Positions 13,801 to 26,344 of a stretch of 64,000 nucleotides of DNA are shown here, one piece after another. Made by a program: the position numbers and the translations under genes. Source of the DNA: Tubiluchus corallicola (taxonomy: Eukaryota > Animalia > Priapulida); NCBI GenBank assembly GCA_030141605.1, contig JAQGDQ010000958.1, positions 11,911 to 75,910 on the forward strand, read 5' to 3'. The notes under the pieces were generated by a model, which worked only from the letters and a program-made list of their open reading frames with translations, did no database searches and was not told where the DNA came from. Each line of letters starts with the position of its first letter. The stretch's first letter is position 1.

Positions 13801-15054
13801 AATATGTCTGTTTGAAGCTTCTTGACGTCTAATGCAGAGAGACTGAAGATCAACATCTCGTTTATAATGAGGCGACCATTTGGAAAATGGTTGAGAACTT
13901 TATTGTAATGTTTAGCAGAGCTTGAAAAGTGTTAACTCATTAAAGTGCTTATCTAAAAGGTATCATCTTACTATGTATTATAGTAAAACACAATACAAGA
14001 ATTATATAGCATTTTTTCAATTGCTTATATTTTGCCTTTTTAACACATCAAAACTTTTTTGCTTCGTTTCCTTATTTTAAGTTATTTTGTGATTGTAATC
14101 TAAGCTTTCTTTTTCTGTGTTTCTACTTATTTTCTTTATGTTTTAAGTAACAATGTTTGTACAATTTTTGTGTTTGTGTCCTTATACGTATTTAACTTGA
14201 AACCACCTATCAGGCCCGCGTTGTAAACGAGCTTTGCTAAATCACGTTTCCCTGAATAAATATCTTTTATCTTATCTTATCTTAGCAAGTTGACCTCTTG
14301 TACTTAGCAAACTAGAGACTAGATACCGTCCACAATAACGTAGTTATTTCGCCATCAGCAATTTACAGGGTAAAAATAGTTTGACCCGCTTTGAGGTCAA
14401 ATTCAGGCCGCTAAGTAATAGGCTAACGGCTACACTTTATCGCTGCCATGGCTTTAGTAATAAGCAGTTAATTATACATAACAATAATACTGCAATTGAC
14501 AAAACAACCATCCGAAAAGATTAAAACTTAGATTAGAGAATTTACTTTTATTTCCGGTGAAACGATAATACATTCCAATGAAGACAAATACAAACGATGC
14601 CAAAGATAAAATATAATTATTATCAAACATACTAGACAGTTATTATCTTATCTCTCTATACAGCAGCTTGCCACTGCTGTTTAAGTTGGCATAACACGTA
14701 CTGTAAATAACCACAAGAGATGATAGATATAGATAGATATAGGTATACACAGTATACATTATACACGTGTAAGTAAGCCTGTGTTAATGTATCTAAATAT
14801 GGTTAAATAAGTCTGACATATCAACACAGCGTGAAGAAATATGAGTGAAAGTAATAATTTTCATGCTGCATCTCATATTTTTACTGGAACATTCTTAACA
14901 TAGATGCTACTGAATTCAGTTTTTCTCTCGGACCTCTAATGTGTGGAATTCCTTAGAACAAAATTATTTCCCTGCTAAATGCAATTCCGCTACTTCTAGA
15001 GGAACGTTAACAAATGCCTCTTATCACTCGCAAACTAATTAGAAGAATTCTATT

Positions 15055-15240
15055 TTTGACCTGCGTTCATCTTTCTACTCTTACCCTATATTGACCACTG
15101 GCCTTGACCTTTGTTCATCTTTCTACTCTTACCCTATATTGACCACTGGCCTTGTGTTCATCTTTCTGCTCTTACCCTGTATTGACCACTGGCCTTGTGT
15201 TCATCTTTCTACTCTTACCCTATATTGACCACTGGCCTTG
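15055..15240. repeat. ~43-50-bp tandem repeat x4
   Basis: Core gttcatctttctactcttaccctatattgaccactggcct. Confidence 0.92.
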
Positions 15241-16026
15241 CAGTTTGGATTATTAATATTTGTTCCACATTATTTGGGTCATAATTATCATTGCCTTTTG
15301 CTTATCATTTTGTTGTACGTTTAGATATACCTGATTTCATTTTTACTCCACATTCATTTAAACTTGGTTATAAAAATATTCAGTCAATGATCAATGAAAT
15401 TTAAACAAATCATGTTGCTAAGTAAAATATTAACAATATAATCTCAGATCTATTGATGAGTTGCATAGTAATAGTTCCATCCCAGTGTCACTTTCCTGTA
15501 TTGAAGAATATGGCTTGACTAATCGACCTTTGTGGTCTTTCGTCATCTCATTTCCAATAATTATGATGATAATTAAATATACTTATTTATATCGTGAATA
15601 TGGAAATAAATGCACGTTTAAATTGAATTGGACGTGACTTATGAAGTGTTGCATAATAACAAGTTCGCAATCTCAAGAATTATGTAACAAGGTAATGAGC
15701 GATTGAAAGGCTTGTCATTTTGGCTTTTATAAGCCCACTGTCATATGAATTACAATAACTCAGCTCCTAGCATTAGGTATGTTATGAAAGAAGTAGAAAT
15801 TACTACAATAACTCAGTTCCTAGTATTATAAATGCTATGAAAAAGTACTAATTACAAAAACTCATCTCCTAGTATTATTAGAATTATTACTATATCAACT
15901 TATTAATATTATCTTATACTTATTCAATAAGGTTTAAAAAGATACCATAATTAGTTTTTGTGTTCCATAATCTTACTTTAACTGACATCAGCAAAGGGAT
16001 AATTAGCAGAACAATTTTCCACTTAC

Positions 16027-16043
16027 CTTCTAAAGAAAGGCAT
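16027..16043 (-). CDS. numb: numb coding exon 1 (MPFFR-R)
   Basis: ATG CCT TTC TTT AGA AG followed by a perfect gtaagt donor. The phase-2 end joins in frame to the exon at 6454. A more GC-rich, promoter-like region lies immediately upstream. Confidence 0.65.
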
Positions 16044-16560
16044 CTATTTTCTTTGATTTACAACTTTCTGTCAGCAACAGTCGGCAAGCAGGTGACGGAG
16101 GTGAAACCTTGGAAATCCTAACAGAATTTGAAAAACCTCTTCCAGCAACGTTAGAGGCAGAGGAAGCGTTTATGTCACACAAACGGCACAGTAGCACTAA
16201 CCAGTGCGCCAGGTAGTCAGTTTAAACCACGCGAACGATTGTTATTGATCGTTTTACTACTGCAGTGTACACCTGAACTTCGAGCAGGTTAATTGCTTTT
16301 TGCCAATTATTACACGCCTACCTGTCGGCTCTCAGTGCGATTTTTTCCACCGTCAAATCATAAAAACGTTTAATGCGCACAGGTTGTCAGCTTCACTAGT
16401 CAGATATTGCCGAATATGGTCAGCGCGACAGGTAAAATGATTCAGGTAGAGACGGATGCTGGTTTAATCCGAGTGGATGGTTCTGTAGGTAGAGATGCAC
16501 AGTTGCAGGGTGCGTCGTTTGGTGAGGAATGCGGGCTGTAGGCAGTCATGCGTGCAGAAA
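16044..16560 (-). promoter_or_regulatory. Putative numb 5' UTR and promoter with a CAGGT(A/G) motif cluster
   Basis: Locally higher GC and CpG. CAGGTAG x3, CAGGTAA, TAGGTAG and CAGGTG x2 within about 410 bp. Confidence 0.5.
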
Positions 16561-17828
16561 TTTCAGTTTTATCAGAGGGCAGACTCATCATTCGGGCCAA
16601 CCCTGAGGCTCAGAGAAGCTGTCAATGCGATTTTAACATATAATTCTTAGAATTTGCAAAACCACAACATTATCCTTAGACGTAAACAGCTGACCATGGC
16701 AATTTAGCTAACGTGTCAAGGAGAAATTAAATTACACGCCAAAAAGAGACTGCTTTGTTGGAAAAAATCATTTTAGCGGTTGGTAAATGAAATACTATAA
16801 TGTTTATACAATCGGAACGGTTACAAAAAAGTTACGCGATCTACAGTCATGACTAAATGCAAAGCAACAGGCAAAATCCAAGCAAACAAACCGAGGACGC
16901 TGTCATATCCAGTGAAAAAAACTTGTTTTTTTTGCTCAATTTCTAATATCAACGCCAGAAAATGTGAATTTTTTCTCCAAAACGAAGTATTTAACGACGT
17001 TGAGTACCAATTATAATAATGTATTACACAAACTAGCAAAACTGAAATTTCGTAAAGCCCGTGGACAAGTCGGTACCACCTTCCCCTCCTTGGATCCGCC
17101 CTGGACATAGCCTGCGGGTGAACAAACGTTGAGTACAACCTTCGCCAGAGAATTATCAGTCTAGTGTCTTCCCAGAGAAAAAGCTTATCTTCCCTGCTCA
17201 CGGCTGATGCTGCTAATCAGATCTCTTCAGCTCTCAGGTTTTAGCCCCCCGAGAGTTTTATTCTCTCTGCAGGTTGCTCCTTGGAAACAATCGCATTAAT
17301 CTATTCCTAATTAGAAAGGCGTATCGCTCGGCCCGGGGGGCGTGTCTGAAACTCAGGTAGCTAAGAGGTCACCGGGTCAAGATATGCGTGAATTTATCGT
17401 TTAACCTTTTGACAGGAAGCGGTAAACTCTAAGTAATTATGCGCTTATTTGTCATTATAATAAATGAAGTAATTCATGAAGGAAGTTTATGACATACAGG
17501 TAAAATGCAGGTAACAGGGACAATGTAGCATCAGTTTATAGTACAGAAGCCATAAAAGGACAAAAGGTAAAACCGATAACAACCGAAAATGAAAGAACCT
17601 ACAAAATCAGTTTTTACATAGTAGTGATCATTGCGTGCGTGTGTCAATGAGAAGATCCAGGTTCAATTTCTGTGCTGGTGTTTTTTTTACTTTTTGCCAG
17701 ACAATTATAAACGATCTATTTAACGATCGTTACATAAATAGCATAAACAACATTATACCATACATTTTTTACGTACCGAAAAGTACAACTCTAATCAAAC
17801 TGCCTATTATATTAGAGGTATATCATTA

Positions 17829-18750
17829 CAGAGGGTGTTTCAGAAGAAACTGTGTAGTAGAAACATTCTCATATGCCTATATTGGAATGTAGAAAAACCA
17901 ACTTACGTGGTACGAAAAGAGGAATTATGCAAATATAAATGTCATTTTTACATCATTACCATAATGGCATATATTGATATTTATTAGTGTCAAAAATACA
18001 TACAATACAAGAAAAAACAAGACATACATACAATTTAAATTTTGAAATATAAAAACGCTATACACAAACAAAACAATTATTAATAAAACTTATATTATTA
18101 AATCTTTCTTTTAGTTATATTAGTTATTTAAATGAAAAGTTTAATGGTTAGTATTTAAAATAAATTGTCATTCATTAGGTCTCATTTCCAATGAAATGAT
18201 CATTACATAGTAATTGCACTTCTTCATAAACACAAATTTGCAGAGCAGCAGCTATTTTCACACAAAATTAACACCAAGTAGCCAAAAAACGTCTTTTCAA
18301 TTTAAACAGAATGTAGAGACGTAAGCGTTGTGCGTTTCTTCCTATAAACGAAACTAGACTATATATTTCCACTAATTCACTTGCAATTTCAATTGACAAT
18401 AATAAAATCCAGAACCAGGCTAATATTTCTCCCGCTAACTAATGAAAAATTGAGCATTTTTTCATAACAGTGTTAGACGGAGCTGTAACTAAATGTCCCG
18501 AACGTATCTGCGTTAAATAAGCTCTGCAGGGTTGCGAAATATCTTGCACGCTGATTGGGCAGTCAACGAAAATGATTGACATTGTGATAGACGTCAATTA
18601 TTCTTATACTTATATATTAATAATTATAACAATTATAATATAATCGCTTACTAAATTGATTTGTACTCGACCACATTTCATGGGGATTCGATCAACGTAT
18701 TGCAGTACAACGCAATATTTCTACTGTACTGTTTGTTTTGGAACACCCTG
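17829..18750. mobile_element. Degraded mariner-like non-autonomous element
   Basis: cagagggtgtttcagaa ... ttttggaacaccctg imperfect TIRs. Confidence 0.45.
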
Positions 18751-19242
18751 TCATATTGAGCAACTATCTAATCAGGGTATTATCTAAGTGTACTATTTAT
18801 ATCATGTCATGTACTCTATAAACCATACTTTTATCTAGAACCACATGTTGGAATGCAAAGGTGTTTAACTGCACCACTAAACACGGGAAAAAACAAAACA
18901 ATGTCAACGGTGAGGTGGAAAAAAAGTTGTACATTTACAATAATTTGCAGTGAAGAATTTTTCAAAAAATGACAACGTAAGGTAAATTTTTCATAAACAT
19001 ATTTAGTGTTTACGTACCTCGTAAATTAAGGAATTGAAATCTGTGCTCATGAGTTACGACCTGTCCATCTTGCAAAAACAACAATTTTCACGGGAACAGC
19101 AACTGATTAGTGCACAAGCTGAACTGCGGCAACGGAAACGACAATAAATTAAACCAGTTCCAAAGAAATCGTTGTCATTTTTAAATGCTCAGGTCATAAA
19201 ACGTCAGTTTAGTTTTAGTATAAAAGAATCCATCAGAAGGTA

Positions 19243-19500
19243 CAATTTAGTCTAGTAGTAACACGTCCGCGTTCCGCCTGGGAAGTCGCGAGTTCGATAC
19301 AGAGGTCAGTTTAAATGCTTTAAAAATTTCACCCGTTGTTGCCCTGGCTGGCACATGGTATTTAGGGTGTAAGTGGGGTAATAATAGTCTCTGTTATGTA
19401 TTTGTATATTGTTATTTGCAGTCGACCCAAAAGTTCTTTGGAGTTTGTTAATTTTTCATATAAAAAGCAGACTTTAAATAAAGATTATTATTACATTACT
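19243..19500 (+). mobile_element. tRNA-derived SINE (diverged copy)
   Basis: A and B boxes, shared gttgttgccctg core and aataaagattattatt tail. Confidence 0.7.
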
Positions 19501-19520
19501 ATATTTAATACTGTATAATA

Positions 19521-19967
19521 CAGTCGACCTCGGATATAAGGGACACCTCGGGACCGGAAAAGATTGTCCCTTATAGCCGAAGTTGAGTCAGGCCGAGGGT
19601 GTATCCAGACCTGTACTTTATTTTTATGGATTATTGCTACACATTCAGTGCAAACGGTATGTAGGAAGCTCCTTCAGTGATGCAAGATGTATGTGACCGC
19701 GGAAACCGAGCTGTTCGAAGCTGTGCGAAAAATAGAGGTTAAAAATTGATCAATTTCGCTTTGATCATAGGGTCTCTTAAATGCGAGGTAATTTACCTGG
19801 GTTTCTATTACGCAGGACCTGAAGATCATATCCCTTATAACCGAAAGTCCCTTATATCCGAGTTCCTTATATACGAAGATTTTTACATAGGAAAAACGTT
19901 ATGAAAAATCGGAACCAGTGTTGGTGGTCCCTTATAAGCGAATGTCCCTTATACCCGAGATTGACAG
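19521..19967. mobile_element. Tc1/mariner-pogo MITE
   Basis: TA|cagtcgacctcggatataagggaca ... tgtcccttatacccgagattgacag|TA. Confidence 0.8.
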
Positions 19968-20860
19968 TAGTTGTATTATATACTATAGAATAGTATATAA
20001 TACTAGTATATATAGTATATAATACTAGTATATAAGTACTATAAGTATATTAGTACACACTAATAGTATTTACTACTCGCATTGCATGCGAGTATTTCAG
20101 TTGATTAAACGTGGGAATGTTTAAAATCAAGAGCTAGAACACAACAGAAGAAAAGAAATACAAATTTCAGTTAAGCAAATATATTGTACAGTTTGTCCTT
20201 TATAATAATACAAGAAATAATAGAAAGTTGAGGAGGATACAACATTACATTACAGCTGCTTTATTTACACTGGCAAAAACATTTACTAGGTAACCGTAAA
20301 TCATTAGTCATTTATTTTTGAACAAAACATTTAAATTAAAACAATGGATTGTAATATAAAGAATGTAATGAAACAACATCTCAATTTAATTAAATCTGTC
20401 GAATACTCATTTACATTGTCAATGTAGCGAAACAATCTTTTAGCAGCAAAGTACAAGTTTAATCATCATTGCTGTCTGTAGAGCTCACCTGTTGTTGATT
20501 AAAATAACTCAGGTGAAACAGACCAAAATTTTTACATTTTCAATAGAAGTTCTCGTGATTTCTATCTAGATTACAACATTTACACAAAAGCAAATATTTA
20601 TCCACAGTAATAATGTTTACTTTTACATTTTATAACGAAATGATTGCTACTACAAATAACAATCTTCAAATTAAAAGCCATCAAGATTTTCCAAGTTTAT
20701 TAGTAGGGAAAATTATCGTACCATGCTTGTGAAATGTACAAATGTGCATACTTTGCAGTATGTAACCTATACGTGATTCATTCTGACAAAACTCAATTCA
20801 CAGACATATGGAATTAATCAGTCATTAACAACTGATTTCACATCTATAAATACAATTAGC

Positions 20861-21217
20861 CAGGGCCGGTGAGAGGAAATTTGAGGCCCTAGGCGAGGGG
20901 GTTTGCTGGCAAAGTCCCCAACGGGGTCCAGGGCAGAGCCTTGCGATATAATGAAATGTCTTCGCAAGTGCAATATGGCAGCATACGTGTTGGCGTAAGG
21001 TAAAGAGTGAAAAAAGTAAGACTAGTGCCAGTATTTGTTTATTTTTTTAGCAATCAGGTAAGAATCTAACTAGATTCAGGGTAATGGATGTTGGCGCAAA
21101 TGGATTCGGGGATTCATGTTGAATGCGCTCTGTAAGCAGGCAGGAGACACAAAAAATTAGGAGTGTCAAAGTGCGAGGCCCTAGGCCTTAGGTCGCGTTG
21201 CCCTTTCACCGGCCCTG
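20861..21217. mobile_element. hAT-type MITE
   Basis: cagggccggtga ... tcaccggccctg TIRs. 8-bp TSD caattagc/caagtagc (7/8 match). Confidence 0.85.
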
Positions 21218-21750
21218 CAAGTAGCATTGACTGATAAAATGATTTCATGCATTCATTTTAAATATCAGTTTAAAAATAAATGTACACTATTTACATTTTA
21301 TACTACAGTATATTATAATTTATTGTCATCATTTTTGCCAGGAATGGTTGCTAGTTGTGCAAAAGTAAGTAATAAATGAAACAAAAGTCGTGTAGTGTCT
21401 ATTCTGTCATCTAATGCAGAATAAGAATCGTTTCAAATGTACAGTAACCAATGTATTCTAGCTGTTACTTTAGAACACTTGATAGTAATGTCTTAATACT
21501 ATAAACAAAATTAAAAAAAAGTCTTAAAGTTGCTTCTTGAAGTGCACTACTTATAGAAAAAGATTGTGTGTATCATTGAATGTCTGAAGATAATCTTTTG
21601 TTAACTAAACGGAACAGAAAAGGACCAAAAAGTAATCCTTGGGGAATCCCCTGTTTACGGTGCAACCCAGCGTAGTACGAATCACACTATGGTCCAATCA
21701 AAATAAATAAGCGACTATGATGATGATGGTGATGTTGACGATGACGACAA

Positions 21751-21878
21751 CTAGTAATGGTGCTGCTGAGGTGCATTCTGAAACTGAAGCTGTAGATTGC
21801 CTCGCTTCAAGTTTGCGAGAAGCTCGGCTGTCTGCCTCTGTTGTTGGGCATGCGGCTGTTGCACTTGAGAGTCAGCTC
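21751..21878 (-). CDS. MED12: MED12 last coding exon (ADSQVQQPHAQQQRQTAELLANLKRG...QQHHY*)
   Basis: tacag acceptor, phase 1, TAG at 21753-21751. QQQQTAALVRQL-like C-terminal motif. Confidence 0.88.
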
Positions 21879-22131
21879 CTGTACAAACCCAGACAAAAGA
21901 AAAACAACCGTATCAGCCACAGTGAAATTTTCTCATCCATAGATGTCACAACCTTATTATAGACTAGTACTGCCATCTACTGTAATTATTACTGAACAAA
22001 CAAAAGGTGAGCAACCACCCATCACTTGACTACATCTCGAATGTCAATGGCAGTTTTTTCACATGCAATTTTAAAAGCATCAATAAATAAAATGGATATT
22101 AAAATCAACTTTTTCTTTACTCTATAAATAC

Positions 22132-22262
22132 CTGCATTTGCCATCTGTTGTTGCTGCATATATGGCTGTTGTGCCATTGCTTGACCCATTCCAGGTTGAA
22201 CCTGCTGACCAGTGGCCTGCATTGGACCCTGCGGTCCACCAGTCATACCTGGATGGTGTAAC
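22132..22262 (-). CDS. MED12: MED12 exon, Q-rich (LHHPGMTGGPQGPMQ...QQMANA-G)
   Basis: tttag/gtattt boundaries, phase 2-1. Confidence 0.85.
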
Positions 22263-22315
22263 CTAAATAAAAGAGTTATATGGGATGAAATATAGTCTCA
22301 ACAAAAAGTTTTCTG

Positions 22316-22623
22316 CGGGGGGGGAGCTGGGTCATAAGCATCTAGGCATGTCCATGACAGGATCTCAGGAGGTAGGGGGGGAAGCTGGATCATAAGCATC
22401 TAGGCATGTCCACGACAGTATCCCGGGGGGCAAAAGCTGGGTCATAAGCATCTAGGCATGTCCACGACAGGATCGGGGGGGGGGAAGCTGGGTCATAAGC
22501 ATCTAGGCATGTCCATGACAGGATCCCGGGGGGCAAAAGCTGGGTCATAAGCATCTAGGCATGTCCACGACAGGATCCCGGGGGCAAAAGCTGGGTCATA
22601 AGCATCTAGACATGTCCACGACA
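22316..22623. repeat. ~52-57-bp G-run minisatellite x6
   Basis: Unit gggg(..)aagctgggtcataagcatctaggcatgtccacgacag. Confidence 0.93.
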
Positions 22624-23005
22624 AGTATGAGAAGTAGCAGTAAAATGGCTACTTGGGGACCAACAGACTGAAAAAGGAGGCGTCCTGAGTGTTTTTTCCA
22701 TAAAAGCAGCCTACTAAATATAAAAGTAATTTTCTATACAGGAAGTTTCTTTTTGTATCAGCTAGTCTAGGCTTGGGTTATTATATAGTCTTTCATTCTG
22801 ATGAATTGTGCCATATGATTGGATGTAAAAGTGTCTTGTCTAATGAATCATCCAATAGGATTGAACGTAAAAGCATGTTGTCTGATATGTCACACAATCT
22901 TATTGCTTGTAAAAGTGTCTTGTACGGCGAATGGTAAAAAATGATTGCACGACATAAAAGCATCTAGTTTGATACATCACACGATATTATTGGAAATAAA
23001 AGTAC

Positions 23006-23198
23006 CTCGTCTGCTGCGGCATTTGGTGCGGTTGAGCCTGTGCGGCATATGCGGGCTGCGGCTGATTTACCATTCCGTGTATCATAGCCTGATTTGACTG
23101 ATAGCCCTGCTGGCTGTAAGGCTGCTGCTGAGGTTGCTGCTGCATCATTGCCGTCGTCGTTGGTTGTCCCATTGCACCGCCGTACGCTTGGTTGGGAT
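23006..23198 (-). CDS. MED12: MED12 exon, Q-rich (NPNQAYGGAMGQPTTTAMMQQQ...QQT-R)
   Basis: gtcag/gtactt boundaries, phase 1-2. Confidence 0.85.
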
Positions 23199-23599
23199 CT
23201 GACAGAGACGGGAAACATCACAATAAAACTACTCACAGTAAACTGATAGGTCTAATGCGAACACGTGCTACCACAATCCGAATAGGGGTGATCATCGAAC
23301 ATTTGAATTTGGTTCAAACAAGTTTTTTCACTCGGATTCGATTTAAACCTCAAATTATGAATATGAATAATTTTAAACTCCTATTACTTTCATTTCTTCA
23401 CCATTGCAACATTGATAAGCCGTTAAAGATGCACGAAATGTCATGCAGTCAATGCAGTTTAGTTGCGATCTTTTCATACAATTTTGCAAAAAATTATTAG
23501 CTGCAGATCTCCTAAATCAGCTTTATCGTATTACGGTAGTTATTAATAAGACCCCATTTCAAACTACTACATATAATAATCCTAATTACTGAATAATTG

Positions 23600-23900
23600 T
23601 ATTGTTTTGTTTAGATTTAGGTATCTAACTTTATTATTTTTTGTTTTTAGTTCTTTTTGGATAATTTGTATCATTTACACTGTTTTTATTATTATTTTTT
23701 CCTATTTATTTTTGTCTTTTGTTATCTGCAGCATCACCGTTAATTTTTAACAGACTAATCTATTTATAACAAAGGGCAGGAGACTAGATAACCCTACGGT
23801 CCTTCCCTGCCCTGCTCCATGATTATAATTACTTAATATTTAAAAAACTTTTGATGTTAAACTAATTGGAGAAAATAAATGTTCTATGTCTATGTCTATG
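23600..23900 (+). mobile_element. LINE 3' UTR remnant
   Basis: Hairpin agggcagg...cctgccct, then aataaa and a (ctatgt)n tail. Confidence 0.55.
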
Positions 23901-24503
23901 TTTATTACTGTAAAACAAAAGCAATATGCACAATCTTTTTGAGCTGCTGTAAAATATGCCTAAAAATAAAATAATGAAAAAAATTAGCGAGTGGAAATTT
24001 TGTCAGCATTAGTGATTGTCTGCATTCTACAGTCTGTATAGTGGGTCATAAGTCATACATAAGTCACTTATTTCACATTACACATTTACAATAGTTTTGT
24101 GTATAATATATGGTGAAAGGACCTACAATGAACATAATACAAATAAGTATTGTATTTATTTATATATTATATATTATATTACAGTCATTTAGAAAATAAT
24201 AGCTTACAGAAGCAAGTACTTAGGCATATAAGTTTCTTTAAGTATCTTTAAGTTTAATGAGTCATCAGTGGCAACACGCAAGATGTGCAAAATAATAACT
24301 AATCTCAAACACGTCAGATGAAAGGCAGGATGTAAAAGTAGACTTCCTAGATTGCTAAGTGAGCCAAAGTATTTTTTACTGTGATTCTTGATTTTATCTA
24401 CACAAATCATTACAGTCTTACTGGTAAATTAGTGGCCAGGCTGCATGCAAAGTCTTCATCATCTCAGAACTACATTTTTTGCGTTTTTTTGTGCACAATA
24501 TTA

Positions 24504-24961
24504 CACTCATATCTCGGTTTGCCGGACAAAAGCGGGAAAGACGTCGGTCCGAAATTGCTGATTGTCCGTATTTAGCAATACTAAGCTAATATAGTAAGCG
24601 CGGTGAATTAGACTCACGGTAATGTAGAATTAATCACCTAACTGTCTCAAAAACGTCTAGTACAGGCCGCTCCTGTTAAAAAGTATATAAAAACTGTCAC
24701 TTGATAGGCAGTTGATTCAAATAACTCCACATAATTGAGCTTTTATTATTTTTATGTCGTCTTACTACTTCACTTTTGTGCATGCTGCTTGGTTACAATG
24801 ATGTAATGATGTAAACAAAGTGACGGCCCGTCCACTAGCGGTCAGCTTGCGAAACAAAGGACTGCGTCTGCATAATATGTGGGAAGTTTTTAGCAGACCA
24901 GATTTTGTCCGATTCTTCCGATATCCGTAAAACCGAGGTCCGACAAACCGAGATATGAGTG
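24504..24961. mobile_element. TA-flanked MITE (copy 1)
   Basis: TA|cactcatatctcggtttg ... caaaccgagatatgagtg|TA. Related inverted copy at 62686-63135. Confidence 0.85.
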
Positions 24962-25298
24962 TATTTTTATTGCTGATTTGAAATTTATTCAAAAACCAAA
25001 AATTCAATTAGGTTTCTCTCCACTGGTTCCAAAACTTAACACAAGTTTTGTATTAAGTATGTATTAAGCTGTCTGGTGAAAGAATAAGTAACTGCTGGGT
25101 TTCATTTTAGCCATTTAAATTGCAGAGGGAGGATCAAAACATGGCTGAAACAACTCAGCTGGTGCAGTGCCTCATCTCTCAATCATAAGCAAGGTTCCAG
25201 TTCTGCCACAATCATGTGATTAAGTACACCCTGTTATTAAGCGTTGGATTGCAGTTTCCAGTTTGCAAAGCTGTAAAAAAGAAAACCAGGTGACGTAC

Positions 25299-25467
25299 TT
25301 TGAGCTTGCACATGGCGTAACGTCTGCGGTGGTGGAGCGTACATTTGTCGGCCATCTTGGCTCATCGTGTAAGCCGGATTGTACTGCGACTGCGGCGGCA
25401 TGTGCGACTGTTGCTGCTGCTGCTGTGCGGCCATCATTTGTGCCGCTTGTTGTTGACGTTGCATCAT
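25299..25467 (-). CDS. MED12: MED12 exon, Q-rich (MMQRQQQAAQMMAAQQQQQQ...VQAQ)
   Basis: tcacag/gtacgt boundaries, phase 0-1. Confidence 0.85.
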
Positions 25468-25631
25468 CTGTGAAGAAAGGATAACGTAAACTAGCTTTTT
25501 GAGAGGAACAGATCAGATCAGTCCTAAAATTCACACTTTATTAATAACTACAGGGATAAAAGCTATTATCATAATGTATAGGCTAGTGATAGATAAATGT
25601 TTGTATCTACAAGCGGAGATACAGCTTATTT

Positions 25632-26008
25632 AATAAGCCTCTTCACAGTTCCAGCGACTGATGATGATCGTGAAAAGGTCAAAGGTTAAGTGCACCAGAC
25701 AACGCATTTGTGTACACTTCACAACGCCTCACAGCCCAAGTTACTGTAATACTAATTAGTATTAACAGCTAGCTAGAACTTTACCTAGTTCATTTTTCAT
25801 CGTTCCAAAGCAAGATCCTGCTAGTAAATCACTCTATGCACACACTAATGCATAATTAAGTAAAGTCCACGTAAAACAACTAACGTTAGCTTTGCTTTAC
25901 CGACACATCACATGATGGTTGTAGTTAAGACATGTTCCTGTGGTACACTTAACCTTTGACCTGCAGCAACAGAGTGTGCACCACAAGGAAACTGTTAAAA
26001 GGCTTATT
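25632..26008. other. Structured intronic element copy 1 (ncRNA or MITE)
   Basis: Nested inverted repeats; homologous to 38075-38490. Confidence 0.6.
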
Positions 26009-26165
26009 GGAAAGGAAATGATTAGATTGCTTAGGGGAGACAACAATGGGTGGTAGACGAATGAAAAAAACCCTGGAACAGGTAAGAGAGTGAGTAAAGG
26101 TGAGTGAAACAATGCAGGTAACTGTAAATCTTGAAACTAGTTAGAACTGTCGTTAAACTTGTTAC

Positions 26166-26317
26166 CTGAATGTTGGGAGGCATGGAATGTCGTGGTGCCT
26201 GTGATGGCATGTACTGATTCGGCGGATGCTGAGGATGACGAGCTTGTAGCAACGTCTGCAGTGCCGCTTTAGACTGGGAACGTTGAGCATATGGCGCCCG
26301 CTCAAATTTCGGTCCGC
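26166..26317 (-). CDS. MED12: MED12 exon (GPKFERAPYAQRSQSKAALQTLLQARHP...PNIQ)
   Basis: ctacag/gtaac boundaries, phase 1-0. Resembles the SKQALSNMLRxR motif of the MED12 PQL region. Confidence 0.88.
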
Positions 26318-26344
26318 CTGTAGAGAAATATTTCCACAACATCA

